Translations under genes and position numbers: made by a program
Shown: piece by piece, positions 30,676 through 39,421 of the stretch
Layout of the letters: each line of letters opens with the position of its first letter
How positions within the stretch are numbered: the first letter of the stretch is position 1
The notes under the pieces: model-generated
What the model saw: only the letters and a program-made list of their open reading frames with translations
Database searches by the model: none
What the model was told of the DNA's origin: nothing
Assembly (NCBI GenBank): GCA_963813155.1
Contig: CAWEYG010000003.1
Coordinates: 736,001-800,000, forward strand
Source of the DNA: an uncultured Acidobacteriota bacterium
GTDB taxonomy: Bacteria; Acidobacteriota; Thermoanaerobaculia; UBA5066; DATFVB01
Length of the DNA stretch: 64,000 bases
Direction: 5' to 3'

Positions 30676-30847
30676 CCAGAACAGGCAGCCGCGTCTCCTG
30701 AGAACTGCGTAACTTTTCGAGCCTGGGTCCGGTATTCAGTTGGAGACAGCTGACTTGCGAGAAAAGTTAGCCGAGCGGCGGCCATGGACCGATGCCACGA
30801 AGTGGGCCGCTGCGTCAGGTCGAGGGAGATGCGGCGGCCTGTTCCGG
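30676..30847 (-). other. Structured intergenic element with nested inverted repeats between nuoA and nuoB
   Basis: 30679-30698 and 30825-30844 are complementary at 18/20 positions; inner perfect IR TAACTTTTC (30710-30718) / GAAAAGTTA (30761-30769). Confidence 0.65.
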
Positions 30848-31204
30848 TCACGCCCACTGCAGCGCTCCCCGCTTCCACGCGTAGAAGTAGCCGACGATCA
30901 GGATCGCGAGGAAGAGAACCATCTCGAAGAAGCCGAAGATCGCGAGCTTGTCGAGGAGGATCGCCCACGGAAAGAGGAAGATCGTCTCGACGTCGAAGAC
31001 GACGAAGAGAACGGCGATCAGGAAGTACCTGGCGGAAAAGCGGTAATCGAATGCCGTCGTCGTCGATTCGATTCCGCATTCGTAGGGCTCGCCCTTGGCC
31101 GTATTCGGCGTGCCGTGCTGCAGGAGCCGGGCGGCCACGATCGTCCCGATCGGCAGAGCGGCCGCCAGGACGGCGAAAACCAGAATGAAAAAGTAAGCTT
31201 CCAT
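30848..31204 (-). CDS. nuoA: NADH-quinone oxidoreductase subunit A
   Basis: KGEPYECG, FVVFDVE..FLFPWA, YAWKRGALQW. Confidence 0.97.
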   Translation of the reverse strand: MEAYFFILVFAVLAAALPIGTIVAARLLQHGTPNTAKGEPYECGIESTTTAFDYRFSARYFLIAVLFVVFDVETIFLFPWAILLDKLAIFGFFEMVLFLAILIVGYFYAWKRGALQWA

Positions 31205-31215
31205 TGAGCCTAGGG

Positions 31216-31262
31216 ATTCTCTCGATTCACCTTCCGGATGTCAATTGTGAAAAAAAGCGCAA
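31216..31262 (-). promoter_or_regulatory. Sigma-70 promoter of the nuo operon with an adjacent Rex/CRP-like site
   Basis: Minus strand TTGACA (31244-31239)-N17-GAGAAT; TTGTGAAAAAAAGCGCAA at 31245-31262 abuts the -35. Confidence 0.6.
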
Positions 31263-32413
31263 GCTCGCAACCTGCTTCGACTGAACGAGAACGGAGAGCG
31301 TTTCGCCGAGGCCTTCCGGATCGAGCAGGCGCATCGCCGCGATCTTGTCGCGGTACGCGTCCTGGAAGAGGCCCGACTCGACCAGGAATCGCGAGAGTCG
31401 ACGGATCTCTTCCGACGCGAAGCCTTCCGCTTCTCCCACCGCGATCGAGGTCGTCCCAGTTCACGTGAGCCGTCAGGTCGACGAGCCCGGGATTCTCCAG
31501 CGGGTCGCCGCCGCGGCGTCCTCTCGAGTGCACCGCGAGCGTTCCGCGCGGCCGCGCGTGCGAATGGTAGAGGACCGGCGCGCGGTGGCCGTAGTCGAAG
31601 GCAACGATTCTTCCAACCCGGATCGACCGGCAGAGCGCCCGATGGAGCGGGCCGGCGTCGAGATTGATTTCCGCGATCTGGCCCTCCGCCAGCTCGACGC
31701 CGAAGCGGGCGAGGTAGTCGGAAAGAGGCGAGGGAGCCGGCCAGGATGTCCACGCGAAGCCGTGCCGGTCGAGAGCGCTCCGCGCAGGCTGGTCTTCGAG
31801 ATCCCGAGGGAAAGCGAACTGCGGCCGAGGGTCGAGAAGACTTGCCGAGACGGAGCGCTCGGCTTCCGGCTTGACCGACGAGCCGAGCGTGACCCCCAGC
31901 TCGAAGAGCTCGGCCTTCGCGCATCTGGACTCGGTGAACCGGGAGCGCGTCGTACAGCTCATTCGAGAAAATCCAGCCGGAGATCGATTCCTTCTCGAGC
32001 TGGGACGCGTCCGCGAAGACCCGCTCGGCCCCGCCGCTCCGGACGATCGACTCTCTCCCGCGCGCCGACCGTTCGACCGCCCGGATCCGCGTCCGCCGGG
32101 CGGCGGAAGGATCGACCTCCGCGAGCTCGCGGCGAAAGTCGCGCAGGAAGATCCCCTCGCCGGCCGCGACCTCCACGAAATCGATCGGGCCCTCGAAGCT
32201 GCCCGCGTCGGCCGCGAAGGCGCGCGCGACCGCCCGCGCGAAAAGCGGCGAGATCGACGGCGCGGTCGTGAAGTCTCCTCCCTCGCCGATCGCCGCGCGG
32301 ACAGAGTAGTACCCCTCCTTCGGGTCGTAGAGCGCCGTCTCCATGAAGTCGCGAAAGGAGATCGGTCCCGTTTTCGAAATCCGTTCGGCGAGAATGTCCG
32401 CGCAGCCGGTCAC
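31227..32413 (-). CDS. MidA/NDUFAF7-family SAM-dependent methyltransferase, apparent frameshifts (~31920, ~31440)
   Basis: GPISFRDFMETALYDPKEGYY...GDFTTAP...SNELYDALP, then FDYG...GTL...DLTAHVN and LGETLSVL in successive frames. Confidence 0.88.
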
Positions 32414-32439
32414 CCGAGCTCCTGACGCCGGAGACGGCT

Positions 32440-33684
32440 CTAGCGCGTTCCCGAGACTTTGTAGACGAGGCCCATGCCCGGCGTGCCCTTGTCGGCGAGC
32501 TGCTGCCGGAAAGCGAGCGCTTCGTCGCGGGACGCGAATTCGCCGAGCATTACCCGGAACCACGAGCCCTCGCGGCCGAGATTGACCTCGATGATGCGGA
32601 ACGGCCGGCCGAGCTCCTTCGAAAGGCGGGCCCGGTCCCGTTCCGCATTCTCCCGCTTCTGGTAGGAGGAGAAGTGAATCATGAACGCGGGCGCCTGCCC
32701 GGTCCAGTCGGGCGAGATCATCGAAGAGCCGCGCGATTCCGGTATCGCTGAGCCGCGCATTCGGAGTCGCCGCGGCCGAGCTCGACGGCGCCGGCGCGTC
32801 CGGAGACGCGGGAGCATTCGAGGCACGCGACAGCCCGATCGCACCCGGCGGTTTCGGTTTCGGAGCGTTCGGCGAGACGGTCGAGGGGCTCGCGGTCGTC
32901 CTCGAGCGAAGACTTCGAAGCGGCGAGGCCCGGCGACGGTACCCGGGGAGATGACGCCTCCCGAGGGGGCTGCCCCGCCGGCGGGGGAACGGGCTCGACC
33001 CTCAGCGCGGACGACGTGGACGGAGCTGGGGCCGGCGCAGGGACCCTCTTCGCAACCCCGGGAGCACCGCGGTGGAAAGGCCAGGCGCCGCTCCTCGACC
33101 AGTTTGTAGGCGCCGAAACCGATGGCGACGATCAGAAGAAAAATCAGGACCCGCGTGGCCGAGATGTTCGAGTGCCGTTCTTTCCTCGGCTCGCGGAGGT
33201 AGGCGCGGTAGGGAGGCACCGGCGTCGGAGGAGGCGGCGTTTTCTCCGAGAGCTCGAGGGGACGGACGGGACCGGATGCCGGATTCGCCGGCCCGACGGG
33301 AGGCTCGTAGGACTCGAGGCCCTCCCCGAATCGAGCGCGAAAGGACCTTCTTCGGAGGTCTTCGAGGGCCGCGACGGAGCCGCGATCGTGTCGAACGGAT
33401 CCGGTTCCGGGAAAAGCGCCGCCTTCCGGAGCGCGAGGCGCGCCCTCGCCGGCAAGCTCGGCCGGCAGCAGCCGGATCGCCCGCTCCACGAGCTCGTCGA
33501 ACGGAGCGGAGCGGAAGCCCGTGCGAACGAGCCGAAGCTCCTCCGCGCAGACCTGCTGGGCGGCGCGAAACAACACGGGTTGCTGTTCCGGCGACGCGAG
33601 GAGGCGTTTCGAGAGCTCGGCCACGACGTCCGAGACGGCCGGAATCTTTCGCCTGTTCTGCGAGCTGTCCGAGGGGTCGTCCAT
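32440..33684 (-). CDS. Bitopic membrane protein with C-terminal SPOR domain
   Basis: Helical N-terminus, Pro-rich linker, TM (VLIFLLIVAIGFGAY), second linker, SPOR-like FMIHFSSY..RENAE...WFRVMLGEFASRDEA. The linkers probably contain compensating indels. Confidence 0.82.
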   Translation of the reverse strand: MDDPSDSSQNRRKIPAVSDVVAELSKRLLASPEQQPVLFRAAQQVCAEELRLVRTGFRSAPFDELVERAIRLLPAELAGEGAPRAPEGGAFPGTGSVRHDRGSVAALEDLRRRSFRARFGEGLESYEPPVGPANPASGPVRPLELSEKTPPPPTPVPPYRAYLREPRKERHSNISATRVLIFLLIVAIGFGAYKLVEERRLAFPPRCSRGCEEGPCAGPSSVHVVRAEGRARSPAGGAAPSGGVISPGTVAGPRRFEVFARGRPRAPRPSRRTLRNRNRRVRSGCRVPRMLPRLRTRRRRRARPRRLRMRGSAIPESRGSSMISPDWTGQAPAFMIHFSSYQKRENAERDRARLSKELGRPFRIIEVNLGREGSWFRVMLGEFASRDEALAFRQQLADKGTPGMGLVYKVSGTR

Positions 33685-33687
33685 CGA

Positions 33688-34724
33688 TCAGGCGTTCGAG
33701 CCGGAAAGGCTCTCCCAGTCGGTTTCGGGAGCGTCGGTCGCGATCGCGAGACCTCCGTTCGAGCCCGCGAAGACGGGATCTTCCACCGCCCGCACCCGGC
33801 CTCCCCCCATGTCGCCGAGAGCTTTCTGCAGCGACTCCGCGAGGCCGGGGATCTGCGATCCTCCCCCGCGAGGATGACGTTGTTCCGGACTTTTTCCTGG
33901 AATTCCGGATCGACCCGCGAGATCAGGTCGAGCATCGTCTCGGTGACGGGGGCGAGAAGGCTTTCGCAGGCGCGCCGCATCTCCGACGTGATGTCGACCG
34001 TCGTCGGCTTGCCGTCGACCGGAAAGGTCACCATCACCGGCTTCTTCGGCTCGCCGACGAAGCTCTGCTGCTCTTTCCATTCCCGCACCATGTAGACGGA
34101 GAACCGTCCCTCCGGATGGCGGCTCTTCACGAGCGCGGCGAGCTGCTCGTCGATCGCGTCGCCGGCGTTGGTGAGCGTGCGCTGGTCTTCGTCGGTCGGA
34201 TAGCGGCCGTTCATCACGCAGAAATCCGCCGTGCCCGCGCCGATGTCGATGATCATCGTGTGGAGAAGGGAGTCCATCCCGTACGCGACGGCGAACGGCT
34301 CCGAAACGATCATGAGCGAGCTCGCGATCCCCGAGACGGCGTTGCGCAGGTGCTGCTTCGAAACGCGCAGCGCTTCGGCCGGCACTCCGACGACGGCGAA
34401 AACCTTCTGCCCCTCCTTCGGCTCCGCCAGGGAGATCAGGTGGCCGAGCAGCTCCCGCACGGCAAGCTCGTCCTTTTCGGACCCTTCCTTGATCAGCCCC
34501 CGCTCGAGCGGTCGGTGAAGATCCAGCATCGGGCGGTTCTCGAGCGCTTCGTGGCCGAACAGAATCGCCTTCTTGACGACTTTTCTCGCAACCATGTCCA
34601 CCGGCCATCCGACGTAGCTCTCGACGACGTGCCGCGACCCGTTGGACGCGGAGATGGAGCTGCGGGACGTTCCGAGGTCGATCCCGACGTGCAGAATTTC
34701 GCCTTTCGCGGACTTCGTGCTCAT
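33688..34724 (-). CDS. MamK-like bacterial actin, apparent frameshift in G-run at 33863-33867
   Basis: VGIDLGTS, AVVGVPAEA, VSEPFAVAYG, IIDIGAGTAD, PTDEDQRTLTNAG, KEQQSFVG, EFQEKVRNNVILAG|GGSQI, VEDPVFAG...DWESL. These are actin-fold motifs in the MamK-type rather than MreB-type form. Confidence 0.88.
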
Positions 34725-34754
34725 GAATTCCTTTCCCACGATTCGATCATGGAA

Positions 34755-35819
34755 TCAGCTGCCCGCCGACACGGGCGCCGAAGCGGGCGATCCGCCGCGC
34801 GAGGCCACGTACGATTCGACGCCCGCGCGGAGCGCCTGCGCGATCTCCTGGCGGTACGCCGGCGTCGAGAGGCGCCGCGCTTCGCCGCCGTTGGAAATGC
34901 ACGAAACCTCGGCGAGGATCGCCGGCATCTGTGTGCCGACGAGCACGACGAGCGGCGCCGTCTTCACGCCGCGGTTCTCCAGCTCCGGAGTCACGACGTG
35001 GAGCCTCCGGTACAGCCCGTTCTGCATGTCCTCGGCGAGGCGCCTCGATTCGTCGTGCCGGACGTCCACGTACACGCCTTCGAGCAGCGTCTTGAAATCG
35101 GAGAGCGAGTAGCCCGAGCCGGAGTTTTCGGCATGGGCGAGCCGAAGGGCGGCGGGATCGCGGGAAGTCCCGAGGTAGTACGTCTCCACGCCGAACTGTT
35201 CCGGAAGCGGAATCGAATTGACGTGGATGGAGACGAACAGGTCCGCCTTCTCGCGATTCGCGATCTCGACGCGCTTCTCGAGTGAGACCGACTCGTCCCG
35301 GTCGCGGGTCAGCACGACACCGAACAGGTTCCCCCCGCGCAGCAGCGCCGCGAGGCGGACCGCGATATCGAGGGTGATGTCCTTTTCCGAGAGGCCGCCG
35401 CGAGTCATCGCCCCGGGATCGCCGCCGCCGTGGCCCGGATCCACGACGATCTTCCGGACGGCGAGCTGGAAGAGGTTCGGATCGATCGCCCTCGGAGCCG
35501 GGAGCGATTCGGGCGAGAGCGGCGCCGACGCGGGCGAGACGCCGCCCGAGGCCGGGTGAGCCGCCGCCGGCGCAAGCTCCGCGACCGGATCGGCGACGGC
35601 GGCGCGGCGAGCTTTCCGGCCTCCCCCGGCGGAGGTGGTTCCGATCGAACCCGTGAAGAAAGCCGCGGCCGCGACGATCAACGCGCCGAGGATCCACCCT
35701 CCCGCCCGTTTCGTCTCGCGGGACCGCGACCGGTATCGCGGAACACCTCGGGCAACGTCGAGATTTTCCTGCACGAGATCGCGGATCAACCGCTGTTTGA
35801 GACGGTGATTTCCCTGCAT
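34755..35819 (-). CDS. Membrane-anchored N-acetylmuramoyl-L-alanine amidase (Amidase_3)
   Basis: VVDPGHGG, EKDITL, FVSIHVN, PAILAEV (Zn ligands H/E/H plus catalytic E); TM near residues 42-57. Confidence 0.92.
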   Translation of the reverse strand: MQGNHRLKQRLIRDLVQENLDVARGVPRYRSRSRETKRAGGWILGALIVAAAAFFTGSIGTTSAGGGRKARRAAVADPVAELAPAAAHPASGGVSPASAPLSPESLPAPRAIDPNLFQLAVRKIVVDPGHGGGDPGAMTRGGLSEKDITLDIAVRLAALLRGGNLFGVVLTRDRDESVSLEKRVEIANREKADLFVSIHVNSIPLPEQFGVETYYLGTSRDPAALRLAHAENSGSGYSLSDFKTLLEGVYVDVRHDESRRLAEDMQNGLYRRLHVVTPELENRGVKTAPLVVLVGTQMPAILAEVSCISNGGEARRLSTPAYRQEIAQALRAGVESYVASRGGSPASAPVSAGS

Positions 35820-35920
35820 GGCGCTGCCTTTAGTTTAGAGGCTTCCGCGGGGAGAGTCCACCGGAGCGCGCGAAACGCCGCGGGCGGGCCTCGCAGAGCG
35901 CCGGTCTATAATGCCCGAGG

Positions 35921-37477
35921 ATGACGACGCGTCCGGCGACTTTCGGGGAGCTCAAGGCCAGCGGTTATCGCCCGCGTTCCGTCAAGGACGAGCTGCGGGA
36001 AAACCTGATCGACCGGCTCCGCACCCGCCAGAACGCGTTCCCCGGAATCTATGGCTACGACCACACCGTCCTGCCGATGCTCCACAACGCGATCCTCGCC
36101 CGGCACGACATCATCCTCCTGGGCCTGCGCGGGCAGGCGAAGACGCGCCTGCTGCGGTCGCTCGTCGGCCTTCTCGATCCGGAAATGCCCGTGATCGACG
36201 GAAGCGAGCTCAATGAGAGCCCGTTCGCGCCGATCACGAAATACGGCACGCGACTCGTCGCGGACCGGGGCGATCAGACGCCGATCGCGTGGATGCCGCG
36301 CGAAGAGCGATACCGCGAAAAGCTCGCCACTCCCGACGTGACGATCGCGGATCTGATCGGAGACATCGACCCGATCAAGGCCGCGACGCAGAGACGCTCG
36401 TACTCCGACGAGGAAATCATCCACTTCGGCATCGTCCCGAGGACGAACCGGGGGATCTTCGCGATCAACGAGCTGCCCGACCTGCAACCGCGCATCCAGG
36501 TCGGCCTCCTGAACATCCTGGAAGAGCGAGACCTCCAGATCCGCGGCTTTCCCGTTCGCATCCCGCTCGACATCCTGCTCGTCTTTTCCGCCAACCCCGA
36601 GGACTACACGAACCGCGGCAACATCATCACGCCGCTGAAGGACCGGATCTCGTCGCAGATCCTCACCCACTACCCCGACGACGTGAAGGTCGCGCGGGCG
36701 ATCACCGACCAGGAGGCGTGGGTCGCGCGCGACCCGGGGATCCGCGTCGAGGTCCCCGAGTATTTCAAGGAGCTCGTGGAGAAGATCGCGTTCGCGGCGC
36801 GGGAGTCGGAGTTCGTCGACCAGTCTTCCGGCGTTTCGGCGCGAATGCCCATCTCCGCCCTCGAGATCCTCGTTTCGAACCTCGAGCGCCGCGCGATCGT
36901 CCACGGCGAGCAGTGCGTCCTCCCGAGGCTGTGCGACCTGCTCGCGTGCCTCCCGGCGATCACCGGAAAAGTCGAAGTCGTCTACGAAGGAGAACAGCAG
37001 GGAACGGAAGTCATCGCGAAAAAGCTCATTTCGGTTCCCGTCGCCGAGCTGTTCAAACAGAAGTTCCCTCCCGTCGACTCGGGGCGCAGGACGGAACGGC
37101 GTCCCCCGCCGGCGGAGGAAGAAGAGAATCCGGGCGCCCGGCGCGGCGCGCGGTTCGCGGCCGAAGAGCCGGACAAGCTGAACCCCGTCTACCGCGAAAT
37201 CGTCGACTGGTTCGGCGCCGGAAACTCGATCGACATTTCCGACGAATCCCCGTTCGCGCGCCACTTCCAGGATCTCGAATCGGTGCCGGGCCTGAAGCGA
37301 GTCGCCGAAGAGCACTTCAAGCCGTCGTCGCGCGAGGAAACGGCGCTCGCGATGGAGCTCGTGCTCGAGGGGCTGACGCAGCACCTGAAAATCGCGCGCG
37401 AGGACCTCGACAGCAAGATTTCCTACAAGGAAATGCTCAAGTTCAACCTGGTTCGGCAAAGAACACCGGTCAATTAA
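35921..37477 (+). CDS. ChlI/MoxR-like AAA+ ATPase ('magnesium chelatase'-annotated family)
   Basis: GLRGQAKT Walker A, INELPDL, SANPEDYTNRG...PLKDR. Confidence 0.88.
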   Translation: MTTRPATFGELKASGYRPRSVKDELRENLIDRLRTRQNAFPGIYGYDHTVLPMLHNAILARHDIILLGLRGQAKTRLLRSLVGLLDPEMPVIDGSELNESPFAPITKYGTRLVADRGDQTPIAWMPREERYREKLATPDVTIADLIGDIDPIKAATQRRSYSDEEIIHFGIVPRTNRGIFAINELPDLQPRIQVGLLNILEERDLQIRGFPVRIPLDILLVFSANPEDYTNRGNIITPLKDRISSQILTHYPDDVKVARAITDQEAWVARDPGIRVEVPEYFKELVEKIAFAARESEFVDQSSGVSARMPISALEILVSNLERRAIVHGEQCVLPRLCDLLACLPAITGKVEVVYEGEQQGTEVIAKKLISVPVAELFKQKFPPVDSGRRTERRPPPAEEEENPGARRGARFAAEEPDKLNPVYREIVDWFGAGNSIDISDESPFARHFQDLESVPGLKRVAEEHFKPSSREETALAMELVLEGLTQHLKIAREDLDSKISYKEMLKFNLVRQRTPVN

Positions 37478-38239
37478 ATGACTCCCCATCTTCGCGCGAG
37501 AATCCTCGCGGGCGAACGGTTGCTGGGCTGCTTCCTCACGTGGCCCGTCGGGGGCGCGGCGGAGCTGCTCGGGCTGGCCGAGCTCGATTTCCTCGTCATC
37601 GACGTGGAGCACGGCTTTCACGGCATCGAGTCGATTGAAAATCTCGTTCGCGCGTCGGACACGGCTTCCATCCCCGCGATCGTCCGTCCTCCCCGTTTCG
37701 ACTCCGACGTCATGAGCCGATCGCTCGACGCGGGAGCCGCCGGGGTCCTCGTGCCGCGCGTGGACGGCGCCGCGTCCGCGAAGATCGCCGTCGAGAGCGT
37801 GAAGTTCGCTCCCGAGGGACGCCGCGGTCTCGGCGGAGTGCGCGCGAACCGCTACGGCACCCAGCCCCTCGCCGACTTCGTTCGGGAATCCAACGAGCAG
37901 ACCGTCGTCGCCGTTCAGATCGAGACGCCGGGCGCGCTCGACGACGTGGGGTCGATTGCGGCCCTGCCGGGAGTCGACGTCCTCTTCGTCGGGCCGAACG
38001 ACCTCACGCAGGCGCTCGGGATCCCGGGCCGGATCGACGACCGCCGCTACCACGATGCCCTCGAAAGGATCGCCTCCGCGGCGCGCGACAACGGGCGGGC
38101 CGCGGGGATCATGCTCGGGCGGCGCGAGCAGATCCCGGAGCTCGTCGAGCTCGGGTACCGCTTCTTCACGACGAGCGACCGCACCCTGCTGCTCGAGTCC
38201 GCGCGCGGCTGGCGCGCCGCCGTCGCGCCCGCGCGGTAG
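37478..38239 (+). CDS. HpcH/HpaI aldolase family protein
   Basis: IDVEHG, LDAGAAGVLVP, QIET, LFVGPNDL. Confidence 0.92.
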   Translation: MTPHLRARILAGERLLGCFLTWPVGGAAELLGLAELDFLVIDVEHGFHGIESIENLVRASDTASIPAIVRPPRFDSDVMSRSLDAGAAGVLVPRVDGAASAKIAVESVKFAPEGRRGLGGVRANRYGTQPLADFVRESNEQTVVAVQIETPGALDDVGSIAALPGVDVLFVGPNDLTQALGIPGRIDDRRYHDALERIASAARDNGRAAGIMLGRREQIPELVELGYRFFTTSDRTLLLESARGWRAAVAPAR

Positions 38240-38284
38240 GGCGCTCTCGCCCGGTCTTCTCCACGGGGCGTAGAATCAAATCGG

Positions 38285-39370
38285 ATGCGCTACCGATACC
38301 AGGATTACCCGGTCGATCTCCTCCGCCAGCTCCTGACGATGGACGAGCTGACGAAGCTCTTCTGGCAGCTCGTTTTGCAGACGGGCGGCGACGTCGAGGA
38401 AGCGCTCCGGTGGATGAAGTACCTGCAGGAACGCGGCCTGATCGATCCCGGTATCGACCTCGCGCAGTTCGCAAAGGAACTGGAAAAGCGCGAGCTCGTT
38501 GAAAATCAGGGAGGCAACCTCGTGCTGACCGGCGCCGCGGAGCGGCAGATCCGGCGGCAGGCCCTCGAAGAAGTGTTTTCCTCGCTCAAGAAATCGGGCG
38601 CGGGGTACCACTCGATTCCGCAGTCGGGCGCGGGCGGCGAGACTCTGCCCGAAACGCGGCCGTACGAGTTCGGCGACAACCCCACCTCGATCGACGGCAT
38701 CCGGACGATCGGCAATGCGATCAAGCGCGACATTTCGGATATTGCGCTGAAGGAGGAGGACTTCGAGGTCTACTCCACGGAGCACCTCGCGTCGTGCGCG
38801 ACCGTCATCGCGATCGACATCTCGCATTCGATGGTCCTGTACGGCGAGGACCGGTTCACGCCGGCGAAGAAGGTCGCGCTCGCGATGGTGGAGCTGATCC
38901 AGTCGAAATACCCGAAGGACTCGATCGAGGTCGTGCTCTTCGGCGACGACGCGAAGCGCATCCCGATCTCGGAAATCTCGAAAACGGACGTCGGCCCCTT
39001 CCACACGAACACGAAGGCGGGATTGGCGCTTTCGCGCAAGATCCTGCAGCACAAGAAGAACCCGAACAAGCAGATCTTCATGATCACCGACGGAAAGCCC
39101 TCCGCGATCTTCGACCGGGGAAAGCTCTACAAGAACCCGTTCGGCCTGGATCTGAAGATCGTCAACCGCACGCTCGAGGAGGCGGACGCCTGCCGGCGCG
39201 ACGGCATCACGATCACGACGTTCATGATCGCGACCGATTCGCATCTCGTGGAGTTCGTCGAGAAACTGACGAAAATCAACCGCGGGCGCGCGTACTACGC
39301 CTCGCCGTACAACCTCGCGGAGTTCCTCTTCACCGACTACATCCGGAACCGCAAGCGGTTTTTGCACTGA
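38285..39370 (+). CDS. von Willebrand factor A domain protein, likely partner of the AAA+ ATPase
   Basis: MIDAS motif DISHSM, TNT, MITDGKPS. Confidence 0.9.
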   Translation: MRYRYQDYPVDLLRQLLTMDELTKLFWQLVLQTGGDVEEALRWMKYLQERGLIDPGIDLAQFAKELEKRELVENQGGNLVLTGAAERQIRRQALEEVFSSLKKSGAGYHSIPQSGAGGETLPETRPYEFGDNPTSIDGIRTIGNAIKRDISDIALKEEDFEVYSTEHLASCATVIAIDISHSMVLYGEDRFTPAKKVALAMVELIQSKYPKDSIEVVLFGDDAKRIPISEISKTDVGPFHTNTKAGLALSRKILQHKKNPNKQIFMITDGKPSAIFDRGKLYKNPFGLDLKIVNRTLEEADACRRDGITITTFMIATDSHLVEFVEKLTKINRGRAYYASPYNLAEFLFTDYIRNRKRFLH

Positions 39371-39421
39371 GGGAGGTCGCTCGGCACTCGTCCGCTCGCG
39401 TCACCGGCGCGGCCGGGGCCT

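Noticed and set aside
33688-34724. Magnetosome island / magnetotaxis
   Set aside because: No other mam, mms, mad or feo genes are recognisable in the window; MamK-like sequence alone is not evidence of magnetotaxis.
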